Source of the DNA: Centroscyllium fabricii
Taxonomy: Eukaryota
DNA length: 64,000 bases
Direction: 5' to 3'
NCBI GenBank assembly: GCA_051313645.2
Contig: JBNRSN020000002.1
Coordinates: 289,168,001 to 289,232,000, forward strand
Shown: positions 36,756-49,203 of the stretch, one piece after another
Layout of the letters: every line of letters begins with the position of its first letter
Position numbering within the stretch: position 1 is the stretch's first letter
Translations under genes and position numbers: made by a program
The notes under the pieces: model-generated
The model's database searches: none
Seen by the model: only the letters and a program-made list of their open reading frames with translations
Told to the model about the DNA's origin: nothing

Positions 36756-37587
36756 GGCGTCAAGTTTCATTGAGCCGTCAGGCAGGCTTTTCGGTGGGGC
36801 GGCCCACAAAATAGCAAAACCAGGGGGTCCTGACCACCCCCCTGCTGGATCCCCACTGCTTTCTAATTTCCCGCCGCCATGTCTGCCCGCCCCAAATCTT
36901 TCCTGCCCACGGCTAGCGAGAATGGTCGTTAGGCTCCTTAAGCACCCTTAATTGGAATGTATAATGCCATTTTAAGGGGCCATTGGTATTTTCAGGTGTT
37001 TCCCACCCATAACCCGCCAGCTTGAAACCCTGCCGGTGAAACCTGGTGGGGACACAATCGGCTTGCTGACTATCAGTTGCATGTCAAAGGATGACATTCA
37101 ATCAGCTGTAGCAGAAGTCGGCCCCGGGCAGTAGCCTGCAGGAGGGCTAACTGTATCCCCAGGGTATACAATATCAGTGAGAAAAATGCTTTCAAAAACT
37201 CACCTTCCAGCTCATTTTTAATGTTTGACAGATAGCTCTCCACTAGCTGTCGATGAAATGGTTCTGCTGCAGCAGGTCCCATTGTAATTGACCTGAAGCT
37301 GTCAGTCAAGGGCTGTGGTTTACTAGCCATTGTAATTGACCTGAAGCTGTCACTCAAAGGGCTGTGGTTTACTAGGCTTTGTAATGGGGCTCTGGTCTTT
37401 AAGCAGCCGACACCCCGCCAACTTTCAGACTGAAAATAGTCAAGTGGCAAGGGTTCCCACATGCAAGAAATTAATTGGCCAATTGAGCCAAAATTGCATG
37501 GGGCTCCCAGCCCCTTTAACATTCATGTCAAAAACCTAACCCACCCAGAACCCGCCAATTCCCCACACCTATGGGAAAATTGACACC
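36756..37587. mobile_element. Harbinger-type MITE
   Basis: TIRs GGCGTCAAGTTTC and GAAAATTGACACC; 3-bp TSD CAA; interrupts a CR1 tail. Confidence 0.68.
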
Positions 37588-37662
37588 CAATTATTTATCC
37601 AATTTGCTTTCGAAAGTTATTATTGAATTTGCTTCAACCACCCTTTCCTTTTGAAAGTTATT

Positions 37663-38381
37663 GGCCCAGAAATTAGGATCGGAGAAAGTTCACTTACGGA
37701 GCGCACCTACCGTTCTCCATTTCTGGCACTTGAACTCCCGATCCAGAGGCCTTCTGAAACTACCCCGCGCTGCGCTGGGGCATCTGGACGTCAGAGTTAG
37801 TGCAAGGCTCCGCGCGGGACCACGTGGTCTGTGGGGAGCCAATCAGAGCAAAGGATGCTTCATTCATAAGTTTGACAGAAAGATCTGTCAAACTTATAAA
37901 ATACTAGAGCCATATACCACACTAAACATTAAAATAAATTTTAAAAACCATCACATTTTTAAAAATTACTATCAATAACATAAATTAGCTATTTTAAACA
38001 AAAAATAAACATTTTGAAAAAACATTTAAAGATTTTAACAGGCCTAAAAATCAACTTACCTGTCTTTAAAGTTAAAAAATGAAAAACCTGTGAAAAAAAT
38101 TCTTAAATTGAATAAAATAAAGACTTACCTGATGAAATCCACTCCTTGCACTTGAAAAAAGGAGCCGTAAATATTTAAATACTTACCCTGAAAAAAACTT
38201 GTGCTAAAAATCGCAAGTTCACTGCGCAGCTCGCGCTGGGGTTCCCGACCCCTCCAGGCCCGGCATCGGAAGTGCTGGTTCTGTGCGCATGCACGGTGTA
38301 TGCCAGGAACCAGCAATTCTGAGGGCCTCATGCGTGAGTACACCATCTGTACTCGCGCGTTGCGGCCCTAATTTCTGGGCC
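37663..38381. mobile_element. MITE
   Basis: Perfect inverted ends TATTGGCCCAGAAATTAGG and CCTAATTTCTGGGCCAATA. Confidence 0.87.
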
Positions 38382-38384
38382 AAT

Positions 38385-40300
38385 ATTGAATTTGCTTCCA
38401 CCGCCCTTTCCTTTTGAAAGTTATTATTGAATTTGCTTCCACCATCCTTTCAGTCAGTGCATTCCAGAACAGCACAACTCACTGCGTTAAAATGTGTTTA
38501 CTCAAGCCGCTTCTGGTTATTGTGCCAATTAACTTAAATCCGTGTCCTCTAGTTACCAATCCTTCTGCCACTGGAAACAGTTGCTACTTATTTACTCTAT
38601 CAAAACTTTCGATGATTTCGAACACTGTATCAAATCTTCCCTTAACCTTCTCTGCTCTAAAGAGAGCAACCCCAGTTTCTCTAGCCTCTCCACGTAACTG
38701 AAGTCGTTCATCCCTTGTAATATTCCAGGAAATCTCCTCTGCACCCTCTCTAAGGTCCGGACATCCTTCAAAAGTGTGATGCCTAGAATTGGCCACAATA
38801 CTCCAGCTGGGGCCGAACCAGTGTTTTATAAAGGTTCTGCATAACTGCCTTGCTTTTGCCCATATGCCTTTTTAACAGCCTTCTCAATGTGTCCTGTTGC
38901 CTTCAAAGACTTGTGTACGTATACCCCTAGGTCTCTGTTCCTGCACCCTCTTTAAAATTGTACAATTTAGTTTATATTGCCTCTCCTCATTCTTCATACC
39001 AAAATAAATCACTTCACACTTCTCTGCATTAAATGTCATCTACCATGTGTCTGCCCATTTCACCAGTGGTCTATGTCATCCTGGAATCTTTTACGATCCT
39101 CCTCTCTATTTACTACATTTCTGAGTTTCGTGTCATCTGCAAACTTTGAAATTATGCCCTGTATATTCAAGTCCAGGTCATTAATATATATTGGCCCAGA
39201 AATTCCCGTTATCACATATTGGGTTTAAGCTCTGGTGCGGGCGCACCAGAGCTTAAACCCGCAGGAAGGAGCCGGTGCGTACGTTGCAGGACTTCCTGTG
39301 CCGCCCAGCGGGCAGGTCAGTGCTCCCTGCGAGGTCCATCGCAGGGAGCATCGCACTACAGGACCGCCCAGACATCCCGATGTTTTTTGGGGATTTTTCA
39401 GCGGACCAAGAGAAGAGAAATCAACGCTGGAAAAAAGCAGTCATTTTCATCTGGTAAGTGTATATTTTATTGATTTTAATTGTTGATTTTTCAGGTTTTT
39501 AATTGTTGGTAACTTTAAAGACAGGTAAGTATTTTTTTAGAGCTGTTTGAGGTTAAAAAAAAAATCTGCAATTTTTTATTTTTTATTTAAAATAGGTTAT
39601 TTTTGTTAGTTGGGGTAATGTTTAAAAAAGGTGGTGTTTGTAAAATTTTATTTTTGTGTTTAAGTGTCTTTTGAGAATCTCTCCATTCAAAACTCGCACA
39701 GATTTCTCTGTGGAAGTTTTGAACGGAGAATTCCTTCCACTGATTGGCTCCCTGCCAATCAGCTGGTCTCAAAAGCCACTTCGCACTAATTATGCCGTTC
39801 AGATCCCGCATGGAGCTTTGACAGGCAGGGGTAATGGTAATTTCTCTGTGCAAAAAATCAAAAGTGAATATGGGCAATTAAAGTGCGTTAAGCAGCTCTG
39901 CACCCGCATGAAAGGCTCCACTGCAATTTCTGAGCCAATAAAAATAGCAGTGGTCCCAACATTGACCCATGGGGGATACCACTGCACACATCCCTGCAGT
40001 CTGAAAAACAACCCCTCACCACTGCTCTCTGCTTTTTGTCTCTTTGTCATTTATGTATCCATGGAGCCACTGCCCCTTTAATCCCATAGGCTACAATTTT
40101 GCGAACAAGACTATTATGTGGTACTTCATCAAAACGTCTTTTGAAAATCCATATACACAACATCAACTGCACTACCCTCATCAACCCTCTCCATTACTTC
40201 AAAGAAATCAACCAAATTAGTCAAACACGACTTGCCTTTAACAAATCCATGCGGACTTTTATTTATTCACACACATTTTTCCAAGTGCCAATTCATTTTT
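38385..40300 (-). mobile_element. Old CR1 ORF2 3' half interrupted by a MITE
   Basis: LERVQRRF, YVERLEKLGL, KFADDT and MDFQKTFDEVPH motifs on the minus strand. Confidence 0.88.
39193..39936. mobile_element. MITE related to 37663-38381, opposite orientation
   Basis: TTGGCCCAGAAATT and AATTTCTGAGCCAA ends; internal TTTAAAGACAGGTAAGT block shared with the other copy. Confidence 0.83.
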
Positions 40301-42140
40301 GAATGCTGTGGCCCATGTAACGAAGGAATATTTTTATATTCTGACCTACAATGAGACAAAAAGAAGTCCAAAAATAACTGCACCCACACATCAAAGTCAG
40401 ACTTTTTCTGCACATCACACATATTTTCCACTAAGTGTATTTTCTTACTGTGCTTTTTTTTCCCATTTCCAGCAGTGCTTCTGTTTCTTTAGCTGCCTAT
40501 ACTATAATCCCTATCTTATTCTCCTTTTGCTGTCTCACTCCCTTCTCCCATTCCATTTCCAAGACTTTGGTTGCTTCAGGCCCCAAACAACATGCTTGCT
40601 GCGAAAAAAAAAAACAGCTGCCAACACTTCACAAGATTTTCTGGGGAAAATAAAATGTGTGATCTTCTGCGCATTTCTCCAGCCAATACAAATGGGTGCT
40701 AACAGAAACAGAAATTTCAGAGCACAAGATAAGTGAACTATTCAAAAATCATGTCGATGATGTCACATTTTGTACAAAATCCTGAACGTGAAACCAAAAA
40801 ATAAACAAATAATAACTAGTGAGACAAGAGGAGGGGAAAGAGTTGTGGTGGTGGCCATTTAATGTAGAGCATCATAAATGGGTTCATGGAGTTTTCCTCA
40901 GGCCATTATTTCTATCAAAGTCATGAAAATATTATTTTGAACATGTTTACAATTTTGCTCAGAAGGCCAACCAAAAATGAATGTATTTAAGTAGCCCACA
41001 CTCGCCACAGCAATTCTTCCCCAAGGGAAGTAAACGTAAGCAGTGAGATAATTTATTTTCTTGGTTGATTCCTGATTCCTCCATAATCGCACCCATCTGA
41101 CCCGAGGGCAATGGTTGGCAGGGAGCAAGAAAAGAAAAGCAAATGTCGATTTTTCCATTCTGATGCAGTCCCATCATTTCCCATTTTCTTACTGAAATAG
41201 CCACAGAACAATGATGGCAGCAATAAATCTGATGAGCGGACAGATTCCTTGTTAAAAAATATAGTACCTGTACTGTCAAATCACTGTTTAATTGCCAGTA
41301 TCTCCAACTAGCAAATAAATGTAGCCAATTACCCATCCTTCAAAAGGAGCCGTCTGCTTTATATTTATCTTTAATTAAATATTTTAATTGGTAGCTCAAT
41401 GGTGGTAGAATCACAACATTGGAGAGTCTACTGCCAGCAATGGTAATTACAGCATAAGACGCCTTTAATTTGTAATCTTGATATTATCATCTGTTTTTTT
41501 TGGTAGAAGTTCCCACCCAAATGTACGATGATGTGGCTGGTGATTATTCCATTGTTTCTTAGCACTGGCTGGATTCACCTTAACAGTCTCAACAAGGCCA
41601 AAGGGCCTAGATTTTCCATTCAGACAAAATCGCGAGCACAATTTGCATCCACCCAATGTCAATTGTGCTGACTCGGCATTAATTCCCAGGTTAACTTAAT
41701 TAAAGTATCGTGAGAAAGCTTCAGGTATCAGGCACCTCACTGCAGAGTGGGAACTAGTGTTTGCTGCAGCATTTAAAGACCTACAAAAGCTTAAAGGAAT
41801 GATCATCTAAATAAATGGCTTTGAAACCCACCAGCAGGGTTACTGCCAACATAGTGTCTATCAGGAGTGAAGGGGGGCCTCATAACTCTCAGATGGAGCT
41901 TTCAAAGTGCTGCTGGATCAAGTAATGCAGAGCAGGAAGGCCCTGTTTGGTACAGAGTTGGGCAAGACACCAAGGTGAGCAGCACAAGGGCAACATTTAG
42001 AACTGGCCAGGGCAATGAGTACCAACTCCAACAGCCCCTGCACAGCCAGCCAGAGCCAAAATATTAACCAGTCACGCCTTCCAAGAATGCATATTAATAA
42101 AGGTATCTGCCATGTACAATGGTTCCCTTCATACTGTACT

Positions 42141-42720
42141 AAATTCAATTCAATTCAATTCAATTCAATTTTATTGTCATTGCATAGTCTATAATCACAG
42201 TGCAACAACAAGTGAGCTCGCAAGCTCCCAGGACATGACATAACAGACATTAAGTTATAAATTATTCAGAGTTATGGATAAATAATAAATAAATAGATAA
42301 ATGAATAAAGAGTGCAAATAGCATTTCAAAGAGTAGATGAGCAAGTACTGGGGAGCAAAAGGGCTGTTAATGCAGAAAGTGCGGGTGGAGGTGCCGATGG
42401 TAGACAGATTTGGTGTTGAGTGACAGAGTTCAGCTGCATAACAGCCCTAGGGAAGAAGCTGTTCCTGAGCCTGGTTGTCTGGGCTCAAATGCATCTGTAG
42501 CGCCTCCTAGATGGCAGGGGGGCAAATAGTCTGTGGGTGGGGTCTCTGGTGATGCTGAGAGATTTCCGCAGGCAACGTTTCTCATAGATGTCTTGAATAG
42601 CAGGTAGCTGGGTGCCGGTGATGTATTGGGCAGTTTTGACTACTCGCTGCAAGGCTTTCCTGTTGGAGGTGGAGCAGGTGCCATACCACACTGTGATGCA
42701 GTTTGTTAGGATGCTAAAGT
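42141..42720 (-). mobile_element. Rex1/Babar LINE 3' fragment
   Basis: SILTNCITVWYG...RKALQRVVKTAQ.ITG.QLP; (AATTC)n microsatellite tail at 42142-42170. Confidence 0.85.
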
Positions 42721-42744
42721 GCCTGAATTTAAATATATATATTT

Positions 42745-43340
42745 TATGGGATGTGGGCGTCGCTGGCAAGGTTAGTATTTATTGCCCATCCCCAATTGCC
42801 CTTGAAAAGGTGATGGTGAGCAGTCTTCTTGAAATGCTGCAATCCGTGAGGTGAAGGTACTCCGACAGTGCTGTGAGGTAGGAGTTCCAGGATTTTGACC
42901 CAGCGACAATGAAGGATTGGTGATATACTTCAAAATCAGGATGGGGTGTGACTTGGAAGGGAACTTGGAGATGATGGTGTTCCCATGCGCCTGCTGCCCT
43001 TGTCCTTCTAGGTGGAAGAGGTCATGGGTTTGGGAGATGCTGCCGAAGAAGCCTTGGCGAGTTGCTGCAGTGCATCTTGTAGATGGTGCACACTGCAGCC
43101 ACGGTACGCCGGTGGTGGAGGGAGGGAATGTTTAAGGTGGTGGCTGGGGTGCCAATCAAGCAAGCTGCTTTGTCCTGGATGGTCTTGAGTGTTGTTGGAG
43201 CTGCACTCATCCAGGCAAGTGGAGATTATTCCATCACATTCCTTACTTGTGCCTTGTAGATGATGGAAAGGCTTTGGGGAGTCGGGAGGCGAGACACTCG
43301 CCGCAGATTATCGAGCCTCTGACCTGCTCTTGTTGCCATT
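42745..43340 (-). mobile_element. CR1/L2-group LINE 3' fragment
   Basis: MSAAPTTLKTIQDKAACLIG...HRRTVAAVCTIYKMHC. Confidence 0.82.
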
Positions 43341-43484
43341 GCTTACTATCAATACGCAGGAAGAAGCACAGGGCACTTCACATCCCCAGCTTTCACTTGG
43401 AAGTGTCCCCTCACCCACAGCCTTATGAATCTGGAACCCACTGAAAGCCTTGCATGGAATGTAATTGTTTAATACATGGCTGTT

Positions 43485-44545
43485 GCCACACCCATTGTGA
43501 TCTGCCTGTCACCACACCCATTGTGATCTGCCTGTCGCCACACCCATTGTGATCTGCCTGTCGCCACACCCAATGTGAACTGCCTGTTGCCACACCCATT
43601 GTGATCTGCCTGTCACCACACCCATTGTGATCTGCCTGTCGCCACACCCATTGTGATCTGCCTGTCGCTACACCCAATGTGAACTGCCTGTCGCCCCACC
43701 CATTGTGATCTGCCTGTCGCCACACCCATTGTGATCTGCCTGTCGCCACACCCATTGTGATCTGCCTGTCGCCACACCCATTGTGATCTGCCTGTCGCCA
43801 CACCCATTGTGATCTGCCTGTCGCCACACCCATTGTGATCTGCCTGTCGCCACACCCATTGTGATCTGCCTGTCGCCACACCCATTGTGATCTGCCTGTC
43901 GCCACACCCATTGTGATCTGCCTGTCGCCACACCCATTGTGATCTGCCTGTCGCCACACCCATTGTGATCTGCCTGTCGCCACACCCAATGTGATCTGCC
44001 TGTCGCCACACCCATTGTGATCTGCCTGTCGCCACACCCATTGTGATCTGCCTGTCGCCACACCCATTGTGATCTGCCTGTCGCCACACCCATTGTGATC
44101 TGCCTGTCGCCACACCCATTGTGATCTGCCTGTCGCCACACCCATTGTGATCTGCCTGTCGCCACACCCATTGTGATCTGCCTGTCGCCACACCCATTGT
44201 GATCTGCCTGTCGCCACACCCATTGTGATCTGCCTGTCGCCACACCCATTGTGATCTGCCTGTCGCCACACCCATTGTGATCTGCCTGTCGCCACACCCA
44301 TTGTGATCTGCCTGTCGCCACACCCATTGTGATCTGCCTGTCGCCACACCCATTGTGATCTGCCTGTCGCCACACCCATTGTGATCTGCCTGTCGCCACA
44401 CCCATTGTGATCTGCCTGTCGCCACACCCATTGTGATCTGCCTGTCGCCACACCCATTGTGATCTGCCTGTCGCCACACCCATTGTGATCTGCCTGTCGC
44501 CACACCCATTGTGATCTGCCTGTCGCCACACCCATTGTGATCTGC
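43485..44545. repeat. 26-bp minisatellite, about 41 copies
   Basis: Head-to-tail GCCACACCCATTGTGATCTGCCTGTC units with no spacers. Confidence 0.98.
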
Positions 44546-46814
44546 ATGTTGAAACCCGGGCTACTGAATGTCATGGTAACCAAAGGTAATTCTCACTTTT
44601 AAAAAAAGTGCTCATTAAGATATGGGATGTTAGTGCAGGGGATGGAAATCTCCCCACTTCAAGTACCCAGTGTCAGCACCAAGCACTCCCAGATGGGTGT
44701 AGCATAGCTAAATGCAGAGCAAAGCTCCACCTAATCTGCATCAATGATGGGGCTCAGCCGTTACAAGGCTACTGGGGAACAAGAGTTGTATGGGATTGTT
44801 TCATTATCCCTTTTTGTAGTGGCTGGGTCAGTCACAGATTCTCCCCTCTGTCTGACACTTTCATTGAAGAGGCAAAATGACTGCCCTTCCATTACTAAGG
44901 CCCAATTTCTTGCTCCTGGAATGGCAGCTGAGTTACTGCCACTTGTGTGAATACATTAGTCTGACATTTCAACCTCCAGCGCTCCTTTCCTTATGTTTAC
45001 ATCTCTTGTCTTCACCTTCTGGAGTCACTTCTGCAAATTAAACTGATGCAAGTCTATACACCAAACTAGTTAATTAAAAAAAACGTTTTTCTCCCTTCCC
45101 TTCTTGACCTTCAGTGATATAAGGTTCACTGGGTGCCAATAACCGCATTCAGTTTTAAATAGAAACATTTTGAGCAGCTTTTAATTATTACCCTATCTCA
45201 GATTCATATAATAAATCCACACCATTGTTTGTCTGGGCATCGAATAGAACATTGCAGACTGGACAGTGGCCGTCAAAAATGGGCAATACTGGCTCCACTG
45301 AGCGACCTGGCGATGTTTTATGATCACAGGAGCTGTGCCTTCAATAAAGCTGCAAACACATTTTTGCCACAAATTAAATAAAATGGAATTTAGCCCTGGG
45401 CATGTTCCAAAAGAGTAAACCCATAACATTATTCCTTGCAAACCACCTTACCCTTTGCAGAAGATCTGTGTAATCCAATAAAAACGTCACTGAGATTGCT
45501 GCAAGCTACTCTTGGCTAGTAACTAGTGTTTGCCATCAACTCTTATCATGCTTGAGTATATTTGAAGCACTTCAAGAGATATGGGAAGGCTCAGCAGTGC
45601 CAAAGCAAGAGAACTGTAATTAAAAGCACTGAAAAATCTCTCATGAAAGAAGATCTTGCTAGTATTCCCCAGTTTTCAATCTTTTTCTCATATAAATAAG
45701 GTCCTATAAATTTCTGTCTAATGACTGTGTACACCGTTCACTGAAGTGATCAAACCTACAAATAGAATTTCTACTAAATCCTATTATTCGCTCACTATTG
45801 TGTGATATCAACCTGTGTGGAATTCTCAACTTGCTTGTATGTTGTGAAATAAAATAGATTCAGAATTTAGAAGTTGGTGGCATCACCAGTTGTATTTGAC
45901 CTGCCATGTGCATATCTGTGTGCACGTGCGTCTGTGGGAGTTAGAAAATGTAAGTTCAAAAGAGTATAGGCCAGATATTAACTCAAGGCAAGTGGCGAGT
46001 GTGGGGCCTGCGAGGCGAGCAGCAAAGCACGCCCTGACTAATCGACATGAGGCCTGAGCCATTTTAATTCCTGGGTCTCATTTAAATAGACCAGATCTGA
46101 TGCCTAGCTCAACCTGGCATCAGTGAGATCAGGCCAGTGGGCGGGAGTTGGGCGAGTGCGGCAGGAGGCTCTGCAGTCAGGGACACACAAGGACGGTCGA
46201 AGAGGGCTGGGCGGGGAGTGGCGGGCGGGGGGGGGGGCGCCGGTTCAGGGCAGGGGATTCCAGGTGATCTCAGGAAACCCAGGACAGGGGGAGGTTGATC
46301 CTCCATGCCGGATGTCATTGGTGAGGCTGGAACCAGGCACCGACCTTGATCCTGCTGATTAAAATAATGTCAAGGTTTGATTGACATCATTAGCCCCTGA
46401 CGATTGAATGTCAATGAGGCCCTTGTCTTCTTGGGGCAAGGCCTCACCTGCTGCCCAAAACGTGTCAATAAAAATGAAAAAGGGCGCGTGTGCAGCCTGG
46501 CTCCAGTGAACACCACACTGCCGATGCAGTCAATTCGTGCATTTGTATTAATGACGGATTAGTGCATTTTTTCCCCATGCTTCTAGAATTGATCCAAGGA
46601 GTAATGCAGATTAATGCACGTAAATGCCTATACAGGGTATTTGTTTTCTGGGGGTGGGTGGAGCTTCTTTAGTGCCAATAAAGGAAACACGTAAATTTGC
46701 TCCCGCTTACCTTCCAGCCCATATTAACAACGCCCACTATAAAGATTACATAGGAGAGGTTCGGAACAAAGCAGAAGACTCTTCAGTGGCAGTGCAGGTG
46801 AATCAACACGTTTC

Positions 46815-47110
46815 AAGATGCTGGATACATTGGATGAGGAGGAGAAGCAACACATGGGGATGCCAGGGAGATTATAGAAGGAGGATCAACAGAACTGTTA
46901 TCATTCACAGCAACGTGACTACTAGAGATGGCAGAACTACCTCAACCTCAGCAAGGAACGCTGTGTCAGCAGACCACTGACATTCTGCCATTTCCTGTAA
47001 CCACAAAGCAACATCAGCATCACAACAACAAGAATGGTAAAAGTGACAATGGCACCCGATCATTCTGCCACAGGCTGCTTCCAGGCAACAGCATAAGACT
47101 TAGCCAGGGT
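46815..47110 (+). pseudogene. Harbinger (HARBI1-like) transposase N-terminal fossil
   Basis: One frame reads QRDY*RWQNYLNLSKERCVSR...VKVTMAPDHSATGCFQATA*DL, like the YLxLSExxC and VKVxxALxFxAxGSFQ motifs; multiple stops. Confidence 0.65.
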
Positions 47111-48635
47111 GAGTTGTTAGGGGCTCAACACCCACTTGACCATCTAGTTATTAGTGAATTATAAGCGGTTTCCACCTGCAAACCAGCACCCCCCTACCCC
47201 CCACCACCATGCACAGAGCAATTCTTCTTCCCCATTGCCATCAACTATGACTTGCAGATCTTTATTTGCTAATGATAGTTTCTGCTGTCTGCACTGTTCC
47301 TCCATTTCTCTGACGCTGTGTAATCACCAGCTACATTGGCCCACAGTGCACAATTTATATCGATTAGTGACTGTTCAGCCAGCTAGGCAGGATTCTTGCA
47401 AGTGCTTTTAGATTGGACACTCAGTTGTTTGTTATCATTTCCGTGCACCCAACCTTCTGAAAGCACACAGGGTAAGGTTGCTCCTGCAAGTACACCAACA
47501 CAGGGGAAAGCATAATTCCCATTTAATGCACTCTCAGTGCACTCGGAGAATTTCACCCTCCTCACGGATCATATTGTTTTCATAAAAAGTTGTTCATATG
47601 ACCAAACCTGTCTGAAAACTTCTTCAAGAAGCAACAACATCCCTTTATCTATCATCCAAGTTTTGCAATGATTACAGTGCGTGTATAGGTATGATTTTGC
47701 CATATATGCTATGGCTACACTTGTAGTTGATTGACAGAATCAAATCTCCTACAAGTTTAGGTGTTTGACTGTCACACCATTACAATTGAATACAAGATAA
47801 CTCAGAGGGTTTCATTTTTAAGATTAACTTGTGTAAAAGTAAATCCTTTAAAATGAAATCAGCAGCATTTCTTAACAAAATCCCTTCAACCAATTCACAA
47901 TAAACTGATGCAAGTACCTGTATAGCTACATAATGGTGGTCTATACTGGACAATTGCAATAATTCTTACCATAGGCCACTGACATAAATTTACTGTCATG
48001 AAAAGTTCACCACAGCTCATCTTAAGATGCATTAATTATGATTCAGTCATGGATTCTGCAGCTTACCAGTCAAGATACTACCACAGCTGTCGCTATTTTC
48101 AAACATTTCCTCCAATTGGGATACCATGTATGCCAAATGCCTGGGAATTTTTTTTTTTTCCCCTCTTGGTCATAATCTGAGTGCTATTCATCTTTTCGAG
48201 CCGGCTCTACATCCCCTAGCTGAAAGAACCAGCAACCTCACCCTTTCTGCTCAATATATTTCAGATATGACAGCAGCGTTTTATTTCAGAAGTATTGAAC
48301 TTTGACCTCTCCAGTGTGGCTTTTGGTAACCTCACAACATGGTCGTCAGAGCAAAATTCTAAATGTTTCTTACCTGGCACAATTTCAAAAAGGAACTTCC
48401 TGGACTCATCTCCATTATATGAATGTTCAGTAACATTATTTCCAGGCAAGAAAATAGTCCCCTGTAAAAGAGACCAAATGAGATTGAGAAAAAAAGGTGC
48501 TGCACAGACTGAGAAAAGAACCAATAGCAATTATAAAACACAGCAATTAAAATTTGCAGCAGGATTACTGTTACAAACTCTACTGATAATCAGGAACTGA
48601 ATGCAATGTCGTGGTTGTTGATGTTGAATGTGAAA

Positions 48636-49203
48636 TAAAGAAATAAGACTTGCTTTTACATAGCGCTTTTCACAACCTTCGGATGTCCCAAAGTGCTTTA
48701 CAGCCAATGAAGTACTGTTGTAATGTAGGAAACGCAACAGTCAATTTGCTCCCAGCAAGGTCCCACAAACAGCAATGTGATAACGACCAGATAACCTATT
48801 CTTTAGAGATGCTGGTTGAGGGATAAATTTTGGTCAGGACACCGGGTAGAACGCCACCTGAGAGGGCAGACTTGGTTTAATTGCTCATCCGAAAGACAGC
48901 ATCTCCAACAGTGCAGCACTTCCTCAGTACATAGAAACATAGAAACATAGAAACTAGGAGCAGGAGTAGGCCATTCGGCCCTTCGAGCCTGCTCCGCCAT
49001 TCAATGAGATCATGGCTGATCATCCAAACCCAGTACCCCGCCCCTGCCCTCTCCTCATATCCCTCGATCCCTATCGAGCCTGCATCAACACATATCCCAC
49101 CCTATCCCCGTACAGCATGGACTTTTGTGCTTATGTCTCTGGAGTGGGACTTTGACCCACAACTATCTGACTCAAAGGTGAGAGTGCTAACACTGAGCCA
49201 CAG
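48636..49203 (-). mobile_element. Deu-domain SINE with a nested HE1-like SINE fragment (about 48929-49109)
   Basis: CTCATCCGAAAGACAGCA core and tRNA-like head; insert flanked by GTACA. Confidence 0.72.

Noticed and set aside
40898-41336. Possible host exons in unique AT-rich sequence (also 25902-26084 and 48261-48600)
   Set aside because: No recognisable protein motifs or consistent splice pattern; small exons cannot be excluded without alignment.
43485-44545. CRISPR array, or 287-386 aa proteins on the minus strand
   Set aside because: Identical contiguous units with no spacers and no cas genes; the ORFs arise because the unit lacks minus-strand stops.
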